A stretch of DNA of 64,000 nucleotides from Malacoraja senta (Eukaryota), in assembly GCA_038087875.1 (NCBI GenBank), contig JAXLNO010000080.1, positions 1 through 64,000 of the forward strand, in the 5' to 3' direction. The notes beneath the pieces are model-generated. The model was given only the letters and a program-made list of their open reading frames with translations. It was not told the DNA's origin and made no database searches. Of the stretch, positions 37,201 through 49,239 are shown piece after piece. The number at the start of each line of letters is the position of its first letter. The stretch's first letter is position 1. The position numbers and the translations under genes were made by a program.

Positions 37201-40200
37201 GACCAACTCTTATCTGCCTACACATAATCCATATCTCTCCAATCCCTGCATGTCCATGTGCCTATCCAAAAGTCTCTTAGATCCCATTCACACATCTCCC
37301 TCCATCACCACCAGCAGCATGTTCCAGCCACTCACCACTGTAAAATACTTATCCTTCATATCTCCTTCACACTTTGCCTCTCTCACCTAAAATCCCCCCA
37401 CACCCTCTTGTATTTGATATTTCCATCCTGGGGAAAAGATTCTGACTGTCTACATTGACCTTGCCGCCCATAATTTGGTATAATTCTATCAAGCCTTACT
37501 TCAATGTCAAACATTCCAGAGAAAACAATCCAAGTCTATTCAACCTCTCCCTGTAGCTAATATCCAGTAACACAGGCATAATTCTTGTAAACCTTCTGAG
37601 CACTGTCTCCAAAGCCTCTGCATCTTTTTGGGGCATCCAGAACTGCATGTAATGCTTGAAATCCTGCTTAATCAAAGTCCTACAGAACTGCATCACATCC
37701 TGACTTCCTGACTCCTATACCCAATGATCCAACCAAAGGCATGCCGTCTGCCTTCTTTGTCAATCTATCTACCTGCATTATCATTTTCAGAGAGTTTGGG
37801 ACTTGGATCCCAAGGTCCCTCTGTACATCAATGCTGTTAAGGGCCTTGCCATTAATTGTGTATCTTCCCCTTATATTCAACCTCCCAAAGTGCAACACCT
37901 CACAGATGCTTGGATTAAACTTGATCTGTCATTTGTCCACCCATTTCTGTAGCTGGTCTATATCCCATTCATTACTTTACAACATACTTTGATACTTTGA
38001 CAGCGTTGTTCACAGTGCAGCAATCTTGTTCTCATCTGCAAATGTACTAACCAACCCATCTACATTTAAATTCATTGTATAAATCATGACCGACAGTGGT
38101 CCTGGCAGAGATCCATATAGAACTCCACTGGTCACAGATTTCCTGCCTGAATATTGCCTTTTCCTCTGTTTTCTAGTCTGCCCATTCTGAATCCTGACAA
38201 ACAATTCAATGTTAATCCCATGCTTATTAATCTTCAGCATCAGTCTATCAGGGGGTCTTTACCAAGTGCCTTACTAAAATCACTGTAGACAATGCCACGT
38301 AAAAGTCATGGCTACTGTCTTTAATCCCCTCATCTATTTTGTTCCAAATGGGAGTCAATTCTATCCCAAAGAATCCTTTCCAATTGTTTCCTACTGTTGT
38401 CATGTGACTCACAGTTCTTTAATTCGCTGAATTCTCTCTCTAAACAAATAAACCATTTAAACTCCCATTCCCATACTGATCTTTCTGTCCTTGGCCTCCT
38501 CCATTGCCAGTGAGGCCACATGCAAACTGAAGAAATCTCACTTCATATTTCTCTTGGGTATCTGACAACTTAATGGTATGAACATTGAATTCTTGACTTT
38601 CAGGCAACAAATCCCCAAACAATCCACCCCACCTTTTTACTGACATATTTTATTTTATTTCATATTTTCCCCTTTTCCCTTGCTCCTCTCATCCCTGGAG
38701 TTATCTGACACCTCACCTACATCCCCTAACTCCAGTTTCAGTTTCCTTCATTTATCCTTGTTTACCTTCTCCTTGTCTACCGTCTTGATTTTAATGTAAG
38801 TATAAGAAGCCTTGGAACTTTCTTTACTCCAAATCGCCACAGCCATTTTGTGGCCTATTTTCTCCCTTCTAATCGCCCGCTTGAGTTCTTTCCTCCTTGC
38901 TTTATATTCCTCAATGGCCCTCTCTGCTATCATATTCTTGAACCTTGCATGTGTTTCCTTTCTATTTTTGACCAAATGTACACAGTTATTTGGTCATCTC
39001 AGGTTCCCTTACTTTGCCAGTCTTATCTCTTCTCCTTACTGGAACTTGCCGGTCTTGAGTTTGGATCAACTGACCTTCAGACAATTCTCAATCTCAGACT
39101 TGGAGTAACTTAATAACAACTGCTCTGAGTCTACCTTATCAAGCTCATGCCTAATAATGGTGTCATTTGCCTCACTCAAGTTAATGTCTTGTCGCGCAGA
39201 ACAGATTTATCCCTATTCAAACCAATCTTAAAACTTATGGAGTTGTATTCACTGTCTCCAAAATACTCTTTCACTAAAACATCAGTCACTTGGCCAGACT
39301 CATTTCCCAACACAAGGTCCATTTTGGATTCCTTTCTCACGTTGCACTATTCACAACTGTTACAAAACATCCTATTGAATATACCATTAGTCACCCCCCA
39401 AGACATCCATTTGTGTAATCTTTCAGTAATCTGTGTCCACATCTGTTCCTCTATTTCCTGCTCACTCTTGGGGGACCTCTCATACAATTCCGTTGAATTG
39501 CTTGCACCTTTCTTATTTTCACATGGCTCTACCCATATCACCTCAATGGACAAACCATCCAGAGTCTCCACTCTGAGTGCCAACAAGATAGTTTCCCTGA
39601 TTAATAGAGCAATTCCCCCATCTTTTCCCCATAGAAACACGGAACATTGAGCTGCTAGTCATGTCTCTGTCACAACCATATTTCCACAATGACCACAACA
39701 TCATAGTCCCCAACAGCGATCTGGGCTCTAAGTTCATCTACTTTGCCCACAATACTCCTTGCATTGAAATGAACATACCTCCACCCATCAGTTTCACTAT
39801 ATAACTTCACCTCCCTCTGTCTGTCCTTCCTTTAAGACTAACTTATCTTCATCTCCACCTTCCCATCACCCCCCCTGCCTCTCCAGTTTAGCCCTCTTGG
39901 TAACACTAGTGCACCTCCCTGCAAACATATTGGTCCCCTCCATTTCAGATACAAACTATCCCTCTTGTAGAGGTGACGTCTGCCCCAGAAGAGATGCCAA
40001 TGGCCGAAAGATCTGAATCTGAATCTCTGCCCCATGCACCAAGTCCTGAGCCATACATTCATCTGCCCTTTATTCCTATTCCTACCTTCACTAACACATG
40101 GCACCGGGAGCAATCTGGAGATGACGAGCCCAGCGAGCCTTGATAAAGATCTGTGTGTGTTCTATGGCCACAGGTGAGTTCGTGGAAGGGTTCGAGAGTT

Positions 40201-41188
40201 GTTAATGTAGTGAGACTCATGTCAGTGGTAGGGAAACTATCAGACCTCATCCCTTTTCCTACCCATCCCATTTGTGCCAAAGTGCCCACCGCCTTCAGGC
40301 TGTTCACCTTCATCCTTGAGAATGTCCCACACCTGCTGGGAGACATCCTGGACCCTGGCACCAGGGAGGCAACACACCATCCTGGAGTCTGGTTTGCTGC
40401 CACAAAATCACCAGTCTGACCCCCAAATATTCTGTGATTTGAATGGAATGGAATTGCTGGCTGGAGAAAGGGGTTGTGGTGGGACTGAAGACAACGGCTT
40501 TGGGATTCAAAGTGTTCAGTTGGGGGGGAATTCTGCTCATCCAGTCCTGGATGTCCCACGTGTAGTCTGGGAATGTGGAGACTATGCAGGGGTCGAGGGA
40601 GGTGCTAGCAAGGTCAAGCTGGTGTCCACAGTCAACTTGTGGAAGCAACGGTGAAACTTCAGCTGATGTCGCTGAAGGGCACCTTGAGGATGAGAAATAG
40701 GAGGGGTCCATGGTAGATTGTCGGAGGGTGCCCGAGGGAACTGTGCTGGAGCGTGAAGTGAAGACATTGCGGGTAGTTCTCGGGCTGCGACTGGATCGAT
40801 AAGTCATGGGCAGTTCCACCCGCCTGGACTGTGGTGGGGAGATGTTGGGGAGGATGGTGTGGACAACCATGTCACACTACTCACCGGGGGGCATTTATGA
40901 CTTTGAAAAGGACCATGTTGGTGCAGGGGAAGGGGAGGGAGGGAGCTAATGGGAGAGGCTCAGGAATGGAGCTCCAGCAAGGATGGGGTGGATTTGTGGG
41001 ACGTGGAGAAGAAAGTGAGATTGACAATGGGGTGTGGGTTTACACGGACAATGATAAAGTAAAGCAAGGTGATTGTGACCGGTGAAGAGAAAGCACTTAC
41101 TCTGTGTGGAAACAGGTCGAAGCAGGAAAACAAAGACACCGAACATCAAACCAGCTGGCAAACTGCTGCAGAAAAACCTGGGCCTCAT
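16201..41188 (-). CDS. Multi-exon Ig-superfamily type I receptor: 8 Ig domains (doubled V-C2-V-C2, CD4/LAG-3-like), TM, ITSM+ITIM tail; about 948 aa
   Basis: 14 exons with AG/GT boundaries join in one open frame (2847 nt including stop): 41101-41188, 36392-36727, 34584-34853, 33195-33533, 32856-33116, 31508-31849, 30429-30701, 28852-29190, 27838-28107, 20976-21083, 20190-20267, 17676-17732, 16374-16417, 16201-16242. Each Ig exon is phase 1-1, one domain per exon. Confidence 0.85.
16374..16417 (-). CDS. Cytoplasmic exon GSSDNTLFSNQASGT
   Basis: 44 nt; acceptor tttattaCAG, donor ACT|GTAAGT. Confidence 0.62.
16620..17080 (+). mobile_element. Internally deleted HERO-like (REL-endonuclease) non-LTR element
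   Basis: N-terminal CICGWEKITSEKCLKIHQGREKC zinc finger joined directly to a HERO-like 3' end (gggctgatcacc...gagggtgtc...ccgaaacaccc...actgaagatgtgtc); family assigned from memory. Confidence 0.5.
17676..17732 (-). CDS. Cytoplasmic exon with ITIM (IHYGSI)
   Basis: 57 nt, phase 1-1, DTEEGIHYGSISFQPKATG; acceptor tttccaCAG, donor GTG|GTAAAA. Confidence 0.72.
17807..18385 (+). mobile_element. CR1 3' fragment
   Basis: LYRALVRPYLECCVQFW plus CR1 3' UTR and tail. Confidence 0.88.
20190..20267 (-). CDS. Cytoplasmic exon with ITSM (TEYMSV)
   Basis: 78 nt, phase 1-1, EINVTPVPEMSRVTEYMSVSRKTKQE; acceptor ttttcCAG, donor AAG|GTAAAT. Confidence 0.8.
20976..21083 (-). CDS. Transmembrane exon
   Basis: 108 nt, NHHFGYIILGIIGSLAVLIVIILAVVWCQRKRKPT; uncharged TM followed by a basic stop-transfer; donor CAG|GTAAAG. 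Confidence 0.88.
22338..22415 (-). other. Duplicated copy of the ITSM exon, located upstream of the TM exon
   Basis: 78 nt, one visible difference from 20190-20267 (Q to K); both splice sites intact. Confidence 0.85.
24276..26170 (+). mobile_element. tRNA-derived SINE split by a LINE insertion (24276-24460 and about 26045-26170)
   Basis: A-box TGGCGCAGCGG, B-box-like GGCTCGATCCC, (CTAAA)n tail. Confidence 0.8.
24461..26044 (+). mobile_element. 5'-truncated CR1-group LINE of a distinct family with an uninterrupted RT frame and (AACCAAG)n tail
   Basis: Open frame 24461-25966 (PQGTVLGP, FADD, VRPHLDY); 3' UTR stem-loop and tandem tail. Confidence 0.9.
26918..27215 (-). mobile_element. tRNA-derived SINE (same family as 24276)
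   Basis: Reverse-complement similarity, including the (TTTAG)n tail. Confidence 0.75.
27838..28107 (-). CDS. Ig domain D8 exon (C2-like, WxC; paralog of D4)
   Basis: 270 nt, VTEGRNITLTCSVS...MVW...KWTCGLF; donor ACA|GTAAGT. Confidence 0.9.
28852..29190 (-). CDS. Ig domain D7 exon (V-set; paralog of D3)
   Basis: 339 nt translated by hand: ELDLICEAS...KWTW...FGNRL...FRVRIVPVQFADAGVYTC...IDLITVT. Confidence 0.9.
29295..29686 (-). mobile_element. CR1 ORF2 fragment
   Basis: Matches the other CR1 copies in the window. Confidence 0.85.
29795..30107 (+). mobile_element. Rex1/Babar-like LINE 3' fragment
   Basis: DPSHPGHKLF..LPS...RHKNNFFPRAV plus AATAAA and (ATTCTG)n tail. Confidence 0.6.
30429..30701 (-). 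CDS. Ig domain D6 exon (paralog of D2; F-strand Cys replaced by Trp)
   Basis: 273 nt, VEADSPRPVMGSDITLSCTISRLPDTISLHW...LYTWEVQ; donor AGG|GTGAGT. Confidence 0.9.
31508..31849 (-). CDS. Ig domain D5 exon (V-like, no cysteines; paralog of D1)
   Basis: 342 nt, FVLKGPDSPG...LEW...AGLFIW...WELFGIK; donor AAG|GTAATA. Confidence 0.85.
32856..33116 (-). CDS. Ig domain D4 exon (C2-like, WxC F-strand)
   Basis: 261 nt, VTEGDTVTLTCSVS...LVW...GNWRCGLF; donor GTG|GTAAGT. Confidence 0.9.
33195..33533 (-). CDS. Ig domain D3 exon (V-set)
   Basis: 339 nt, ELHLGC...QWTW...FGNRL...FSVRIVPVLFQDAGFYRC; canonical DxGxYxC motif. Confidence 0.9.
34584..34853 (-). CDS. Ig domain D2 exon (C2-like)
   Basis: 270 nt, VEASPQKPLLGSDVTLSCTIS...LHW...LYVCDVQ; donor ACG|GTGAGT. 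Confidence 0.9.
36392..36727 (-). CDS. Ig domain D1 exon (V-like, no cysteines)
   Basis: 336 nt, IRNQIYFLDDGGDIVLKGPDNPGSVVWEW...SGLFTL...YEIYGIK; donor AAG|GTGAGT; paralogous to D5. Confidence 0.85.
37135..40420 (-). mobile_element. Old degenerate CR1 including an ORF1 esterase remnant
   Basis: FCGSKPDSRMVCCLPGARVQDVS near 40330-40410; decayed EN and RT pieces toward the 3' end. Confidence 0.7.
40440..40910 (-). mobile_element. L2-like RT fragment
   Basis: DIQDWMSR..QLN...AVVF-like remnant. Confidence 0.45.
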
Positions 41189-41200
41189 TTTGTGGATTCC
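41101..41200 (-). CDS. Signal-peptide exon (ATG at 41188): MRPRFFCSSLPAGLMFGVFVFLLRPVSTQ
   Basis: Acceptor ttttttcccacAG, hydrophobic core, donor CAGA|GTAAGT; phase 1 matches the D1 exon. Confidence 0.8.
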
Positions 41201-41771
41201 CTGTGGGAAAAAACATAGAATTTTAGACTGAGCCAGTTTGAGACACATATCTTCAGTGCATTTGGAGTCCACGTTGATAGCTCACGGAAAGTGGCAGCAC
41301 AAGTAGTTAGGGTAGTGAAGAAGGCGTATGGTATGCTTGCCTTCAATGCTAAGGCCATTGAATGTAAGATTGAGGAAGTGTCTCTTTTGTTTCTAAAGAT
41401 AAAACTTCAATTGCAATACTTCCGTTCTGGTGCTGCTCACTGTGGGTCAAAGGCTGGATTATAAGGACAGGAACATTGCCCCATCTCCCACATACTGTTA
41501 CTGTGCTGAGGAATGAAGCAACGATCTGTCAAAGTGTGGTCCATCAGGGAATGTTGCCACCTGACCCACTCCAGACTGCAGGAAAACGTGCTGAGGGACG
41601 CACTGAAGCTTGGTGCAACCAACATACAAACTCGTATCACATTCAGGACCTGAAGCAAAATTCAGAGCAATGGTTAAGGCTGCAGTAAGAGCTTTTATGC
41701 AATTCAACCACAATGATTCGTCTATTTTGATCTCTGGGCTGTTTTACTTCCTGATTTTTTCTCAACTAAGG

Positions 41772-44048
41772 GAAGTGGGAGGCAACCGTGGTTGACAAGT
41801 GAAGTTAGGGATAGAATAAAACTAAAAGAAAAGATGTACAACACAGCAAAGAGTAGCCGGAAGCCAGAGGATTGGAAAACTTTCATAGGACAACAGAAGG
41901 AAACAAAACGGGCAATACGGGCTGAAAAGATGAAGTACGAAGGGAAGCTGGCCAGGAATATAAAGAAGGACAGTAAAAGCTTCTTTAGATATGTTAAGGG
42001 AAAAATAATAGCAAAGTCAAATGTGGTCCCTTGAAGGCAGACGTGGGTGAAATTATTATGGGCAACAACGAAATGGCAGAAGAGTTGAACAGGTACTCCC
42101 GATCTGTCTTCACTAAGGAAGACACAAACAATCTCCCAGATGTACTGGAGGACAGAGGATCTAAGGGGGTAGAAGAAGTGAAAGAAATTTTCATTAGGTG
42201 AGAAATAGTATTAGGTAGGCTAATGGGACTGAAGGATGATAAATCCCCTGGGCCTGATGGTCTGCATCCCAGGGTCCTCATGGGGGTGGGTCTAGAAATA
42301 GTGGACGCATTGGTGATCATTTTCCAATGTTCAATAGATTCAGGATCAGTTCCTGTGGATTGGACGATAGCTAATGTCATCCCACTTTTCAAGAAAGGAG
42401 CAAGAGAGAAAACAGGGAATTATAGACCAGTTAGCCTAACATCGGTGGTGGGGAAGATGCTGGAGTCAATTATAAAAGATGAAATAGCCGCACATTTGGG
42501 TAGCAGTAACAGGATCGGTCCGAGTTAGCATGGATTTACGAAGGGGAAATCATGCTTGACCAATCTTCTGGAATTTTTTAAAGATGTAACTAGGAAAATG
42601 GACAAGGGAGAACCAGTGGATGTAGTGTACCTGGACTTTCAGAAAGCATTTGATAAGGTCCCACATAGGAGATTGGTGGGCAAAATTAGAGCAAATGGTA
42701 TTGGGGGTAGAGTGCTGACATGGATAGAGAAGTGATTGGCAGAGGAAACAAAGAGTAGGGATTAATGGGTCCCTTTCAGAATGGCAGTCAGTGACCAGTG
42801 GGGTACCGCAATGCTCGGTGCTGGGACCGCAGCTATTTACAATATACATCAATGATTTGGATGAAGAGATTCAAAGTAACATTAGCAAATTTGCAGATGA
42901 CACAAAGCTGGGTGGCAGTGTGAACTGTGAGGAGGATGCAATGAGAATGCAGGGTGACTTGGACAGGTTGGGGGAGTGGGCAGATGCATGGCAGATGAAG
43001 TTTAATGCGGATAAATGTGAGGTTATCCACTTTGGTAGCAAAAACAGGAAGGCAGATTGCTATCTAAATGGTGTCAAGTTGGGAAAAGGGGAAGTACAAC
43101 GGGATCTGGGGGTCCTTGTTCATCAGTCTATGAAAGTAAGCGTGCAGGTACAGCAGGCAGTGAAGAAAGCGAATGGCATGTTGGCCTTTATAACAAGAAG
43201 AATCGAATATAGGAGCAAAGAGGTCCTTCTGCATTTGTACAGAGCCCTAGTGAGACCACACCTGGGGTATTGTGTGCAGTTTTGGTCCCCTAATTTGAGG
43301 AAGGACATTCTTGCTATTGAGGGAGTGCATCGTAGGTTTACAAGGTTAATTCCTGGGATGACGGGACTATCATATGCTGAGAGAATGGAGCAGCTGGGCT
43401 TGTATACTCTGTAGTTTAGAAGGAAGAGGGGATAACTCATTGAAACATATAAGTTTGTTAAGGGTTTGGACACGCTAGAGGCAGGAAACATGTTCCCGAT
43501 GTTGGGGGTCCAGAATCAGGGACCACAGTTTAAGAATAAGAAGTAAGCCATTTAGAACGGAGATGAGGAAACACTTTTTCTCACAGAGAGTGGTGAGTCT
43601 GTGGAAGTTTCTGCCTCAGAGGGCGGTTGAGGCAGGTTCTCTGGATGCTTTCAAGAGAGAGCTAGATAGTGTCTCTGGAATTCTCTGCCACAGAATGTAG
43701 TTCAGGCCAGTTCATTGGCTATATTTAAGAGGGAGTTAGATGTGACCCTTGTGGCTAAAGGGATCAGGGGGTATGGAGAGGAAGCAGGTACAGGATACTG
43801 AGTTGGATGATCAGCCATGATCATATTGAATGGCTGTGTAGGCTCGAAGGGCCGAATGGCCTACTCCTGCACCTATTTTCTATGTTTCTATGGGGCTCTT
43901 AAAAATAGCGGAGTCAGTGGATATGGGGAGAAGGCAGAAACGGGCTATTGATTGGGGATGATCAGCCATGATCACATTGAATGGCGGTGCTGGCTCGAAG
44001 GCCGAATGGCCTACTCCTGCACCTATTGTCTATTGTCTATTGTCTATT
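41772..44048 (+). mobile_element. CR1 LINE, 5'-truncated with stops, plus a nested CR1 3' end (about 43670-43890)
   Basis: ORFs 41792-42034, 42223-42528 and 42791-43414; two 3' tails. Confidence 0.92.
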
Positions 44049-44483
44049 GACTGAGATCATCTGGAAATCTCTTTGCATCCTCTTTGCTTCTCCTAATTAC
44101 TCTCAGTTTCATGTCATCAAACTTAGAAATATTAAATTTACTTCTTTGTCAAAATCATTAATGTACATTGAAAATAACAGGCTCAAGCAATGGTTTCAAT
44201 GATGGCTCATTAGTCACCATGTGCCACCCAAAAGAAGTCTCGGTTCCTAGCCTGCTAAAGAATTTTCAATCCATCCCAGTTGAACATTGCCAAATCCACA
44301 TATTTTAATATTCCTTGTTGATCTTTTATGCATGGCTTTATCAAAGACCTTCTGAAAATTCAACACATCCAGTTCTTCTCCCTGAAGCAAAAAAACCAAA
44401 ACAAGTTCCTGGTGGAACTCAGCGACTCAGGCAGCATCTGTGGAGGAAAATGATTCATCCAACAATTTCTTTATTTTCAAGAT

Positions 44484-45888
44484 CATAGATACATAGATAC
44501 ATAGAAAATAGGTGCAGGAGTAGGCCATTCGGCCCTTCGAGCCTGCACCGCCATTCAATATGATCATGGCTGATAATCCAACTCAGTATCCCGTACCTGC
44601 CTTCTCTCCATAGCCCCTGATCCCTTTAGGCACAAGGGCCACATCTAACTCCCTCTTAAATATAGCCAATGAACTGGCCTCAACTACACTCTGTGGCAGA
44701 GAGTTTCAGAGATTCACCACTCTCTGTGTGAAAAAGTTTTTCCTCATCTCGGTCTTAAAGGATTTCCCCCTTATCCTTAAACTGTGACCCCTTGTCCTGG
44801 ACTTCCCCAACATCAGGAACAATCTTCCTGCATCTAGCCTGTCCAACCCCATAAGAATTTTGTACGTTTCTATAAGATCCCCTCTCAATCTCCTAAATTC
44901 TAGCGAGTATAAGCCAAGTCTATCCAGTCTTTCTTCATATGAAAGTCCTGACATCCCAGGAATCAGTCTGGTGAACCTTCTCTGCACTCCCTCTATGGCT
45001 ATAATGTCCTTCCTCAGATTTGGAGACCAAAACTCTACGCAATACTCCAGGTGTGGTCTCACCAAGACCCTGTACAACTGCAGTAGAACCTCCCTGCTCC
45101 TATACTCAAATCCTCTTGCTATGAAAGCCAACATACCATTCGTTTTCTTCACTGCCTGCTGCACCTGCATGCCTACTTTCAATGACTGGTGTACAATGAC
45201 ACCCAGGTCTCGCTGCATCTCCCCATTTCCTAATCGGCCACCATTTAGATAATAGTCTGCCTTCTCGTTTTTACCCAAAAAGTGGATAACCTCACATTTA
45301 TCCACATTATACTGCATCTGCCAAACATTTGCCCACTCCCCCAGCCTATCCAAGTCACCTTGCAGTCTCCTAGCATCCTCCTCACAGCTAACACTGCCCC
45401 CCAGCTTAGTGTCATCCGCAAACTTGGAGATGTTGCTTTCAATTCCCTCATCCAGCTCATTAATATAAATTGTAAATTGCTGGGGTCCCAGCACTGAGCC
45501 TTGCGGTACCCCACTAGTCACTGCCTGCCATTGTGAAAAGGACCCGTTTACTCCTACTCTTTGCTTCCTGTTTGCCAGCCAGTTCTCTATCCACATCAAT
45601 ACTGAACCCCCAATACTGTGTGATTTAAGTTTGTATCCTAATCTCTTATATGGTACCTTGTCGAAAGCCTTCTGAAAGTCCAGATACAACACATCCAATG
45701 GTTCTCCCCTATCCACTCTACTAGTTACATCCTCGAAAAATTCTATAAGATTCTATAAGATTCGTCAGACACGATTTACCTTTCGTAAATCCATGCTGAC
45801 TTTGTCCACTTTCCAAATGTGCTGCTATCCCATCTTTAATAACTGCCACTAGCAGTTTCCCCACTACCGATGTTAGACTAACTGGTCT
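44484..45888 (-). mobile_element. CR1 LINE, same subfamily as 3381-14099, 5'-truncated
   Basis: ORF 44706-45716 nearly identical to 3471-5033. Confidence 0.93.
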
Positions 45889-47512
45889 AACTGATCAAAA
45901 CATTGTTTTGGAAAACAGAAACAACAAACAAGGTTATATATTGCAATCTTTTCATACAGCAGGTAGAAAACAGGAGATTTGAATTGTGGGAAAGAATAAA
46001 GTGCATTTGAATAGTCAAGAGAAACACCGCTATTTTAGATTTTGATCAGTCGGATGTAGCAAAAATATTGAAATTTGTTCCCTTTTTAGTGAAGACACCA
46101 TCATTGTAATAGGAGAACACATTTCACAATAACATTTGAAGAAGTACATCAGTTTTCCAAACTACATTTCAATCATTTAATCCCGTTCATTTAATCCACT
46201 ATTACCAATGAAGAATAATGTCTGAAGTTTACTGACCTTCTGCAGAGGAACTTGTGTGGAATTCTGGAGAAGCAGCAACGTGGCTTTGAGCCCAGCACAG
46301 GACAAGCTGAGGTTCCCTCACACTGCACAGTAACTGACACTGCCTCTTGTCAAACTAAATGACACTCTCCCTCCAGCTCGGGTTTTCGGCACAACTGGTG
46401 TTGTTACAAATGGGTTCAGATATAGAATTATACCACAAATAAAGATTCCATCTGGAATCGAACTTGCACCTTTGGGAATTTGAACATTTCGAATGGATCT
46501 CAAATGGGAGAGCTCCAGGTGCTTTGCCGCATCCTGCTGGGCCTGATGTTCGACGAGAGAGTACATGCCATCCAGGGAGGTCCTGCCATTTCATGAGGAA
46601 AAAACCTCCATAGAGTGTTGTGTTCATTAAACATGCTGGCAATTCCATTGCACCCATTAGGATAAACTGAACCATTCCCGGAGAGAGGATTGGACCTGGT
46701 GAAAGAACATACTGTTTCCTCACTTGCCTCTTCATGGGAAGGAGCCCACAGATTTCACCATGGCAAGCTTTCACTGTCCTAATGAATGCCCACCATTATT
46801 GGTCAGCTGAGCAAAATCTCGAATGACATTAAAAGAAGCAAGAGTACAGAGTGTACACTGGGTGTGGACCTCAGCATCCATCATTGGGAGTGGATTGGTC
46901 ACACGACCACTCACTGAGATGGCCAAACCCTGAAGGATGTGTCTGCCGGGCTCTTTCTACAGCAGGTAGAGAATGAGCCAACACAAGGGATTGACCTACT
47001 TGACCTCCTCCTCTCCTGTCCACCTGCAACAGGTGAATCTGTTGACCATGGCTTTGGCAGAAATCAGAAGACCATTGCATACTCATTGAGGACAATGTTT
47101 TGTCATTACACCAAAGTCATCCCATATTGCTCTGACTGGCACAACAGTTTTTGATATCATCTTCCCAAAGGAGCTGCAGAGGCTGAGACATTGACTATGT
47201 TCAAGGAAGAGGATGATTGACTATAAACTCAACAGAAGTCAGGAGACGTGGGAAAAGTGGGAAGGTGGTGTTGAGACCAATATTGGATCAGCTGTATGGG
47301 CCTGAAAAATTGTGCTCCCTCAGACTTTATTCCTTGGAGTGCAGGAGGCTGAGATAGTTGAATTATTGAGGGGAATAGATAGGCTGAATGAACAGAGCCT
47401 TTTATCCAGTGTTGGGTTATCAAGAACCAGAGGACACGGGTTTGGGGTGAGATGATAAGGTTTAATATGAACACAAAGGGCATCCTTTACATTTAAAGGA
47501 TAAAGGATTCAA

Positions 47513-48010
47513 ACAAGAGGAGTTGAGTATAGAAGCAAAGAGGTCCTTCTGCAGTTGTACAGGGCCCTAGTGAGACCACACCTGGAGTATTGTGCGCAGT
47601 TTTGGTCCCCTAATATGAGGAAGGACATTCTTGCTATTGAGGGAGTGCAGCGTAGGTTTACAAGGTTAATTCCCGGGATGACGGGACTGTCATATGCTGA
47701 GAGAATGGAGCGGCTGGTCTTGTATATTCTGGAATTTAGAAGGATGAGAGGGTATCTTATTGAAACATATAAGATTATTAAGGGTTTGGACACACTAGAG
47801 GCAGGACATTTGTTCCTGATGTTGGGAGAGTCCAGAACCAGGGACCACAGTTTAAGAATAAGGGGCAAGCCATTTGGAACGGATATGAGGAAAAACCTTT
47901 TCACACAGGGTTGTGAGTGTGGAATTCTCTGCCTCAGAGCGTTGTGGGGGTCGGTTCGCTGGATGCTTTCAAGAGAGAGCTACATAGGGCTCTTGAAGAT
48001 AGTGGAGTCA
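47513..48010 (+). mobile_element. CR1 3' fragment
   Basis: ORF 47555-48028. Confidence 0.88.
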
Positions 48011-49239
48011 GGGCAGGGCCGACCTTAAGCCGATTGGACCGATTTCTCCCAATTGGGGCCCGCGCCTAAGGGGAGCCCCGCGTTAATTTTCCGTATTTCG
48101 TACGGAAATACATATTCGCTTTGTTAAATAAAGAATTTTTTTTTACATTCGCCATACGGATTTTTTTACAAAACGAACATGGATAACAACCGCTGCACGG
48201 CCGTCAGACACAAACGATTTGTGAACTATTATTGTAGCACTTGTTAACAGCCAGTAGTTAGCAAGTAGTTATACAATGTGTCATCTATGCATGGACCTAC
48301 TGACCCACATTGTGTCTCTCTGTCTTTCGCTCTCTCCCTCCCTCTCTCTCTCGCGCGCTCTCTCTCCCCCGCTCCCCATCTCGTCTCTCTCCAGCTCTCT
48401 CGGCATTCCCGGAATCATTGACGTTTTGTGGTAGACAAAAATGCTGGAGAAAGTCAGCGGGTGAGGCAGCATCTATGGAGCAAAGGAAATAGGCATCGTT
48501 TCGGGTCGAAACCCTTCTTCAGACCTGGTCCGAAACGTTGGCTATTTCCTTCGCTACATAGTTGCTGCCTCACCCGCTGAGTTTCTCCAGCATTTTTGTC
48601 TACCTTCGATGTTCCAGCATCTGCAGTTCCTTCTTAGACGTTTTGCAGTGACGGCTGCATCTGCGGTTCCTTTCTGTTCGGGGGGAGGGGGGGGAGAGTC
48701 CTGGCCCGTGGCGGCTCCTGATCAGTGATCTGTTCCCTCTGCGGGTGCTGCCTTGCCCGCTGAGTTCCTCCAGCACTCTGTGTTTTTTGTTTGGCTCTGA
48801 AGTTGAAGGTGGACCCCCCTGTGTCTACCTTCAACTCCCTGTCTGTGGAGGCTCAGCGGGACGGGCAGGGGCTCTGGGGAGAGGGTTGCGTTTCTGGTCG
48901 AGACCCTTCTTTAGACAATCACAAGTACTCTCACCGACAACAGTTCAGTTCAGTCTGAAGAAGGGTCTTCTCTCCAGAGTCGCTGCGCTGCCTGTCCTGC
49001 TGAGCTACTCCAGCTTTTGTCTATCTTCAATATCAGTGTTAGATAAAATTTATCATGGGGGGCTTATAGCGACTACACCCCCCCCCCCTTCCTGCCCAAC
49101 CTCAGCCTCACGGACCTTAGCGTATCCCCAGTCCTAAAACCCATTTCCATCACTGATTGCAATATATATGTAACACCACATTGCAGGTTCTACAGAGATT
49201 TTGATTATATTGAGTGGATGTTTCTAGATTAGTTTATGG

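Noticed and set aside
16201..41188. Assigning the symbol CD4 or LAG3
   Set aside because: Eight domains, no CxC/CxH Lck motif (the terminal CHLC is CxxC), no FxxL(D/E) motif, and no syntenic neighbours visible
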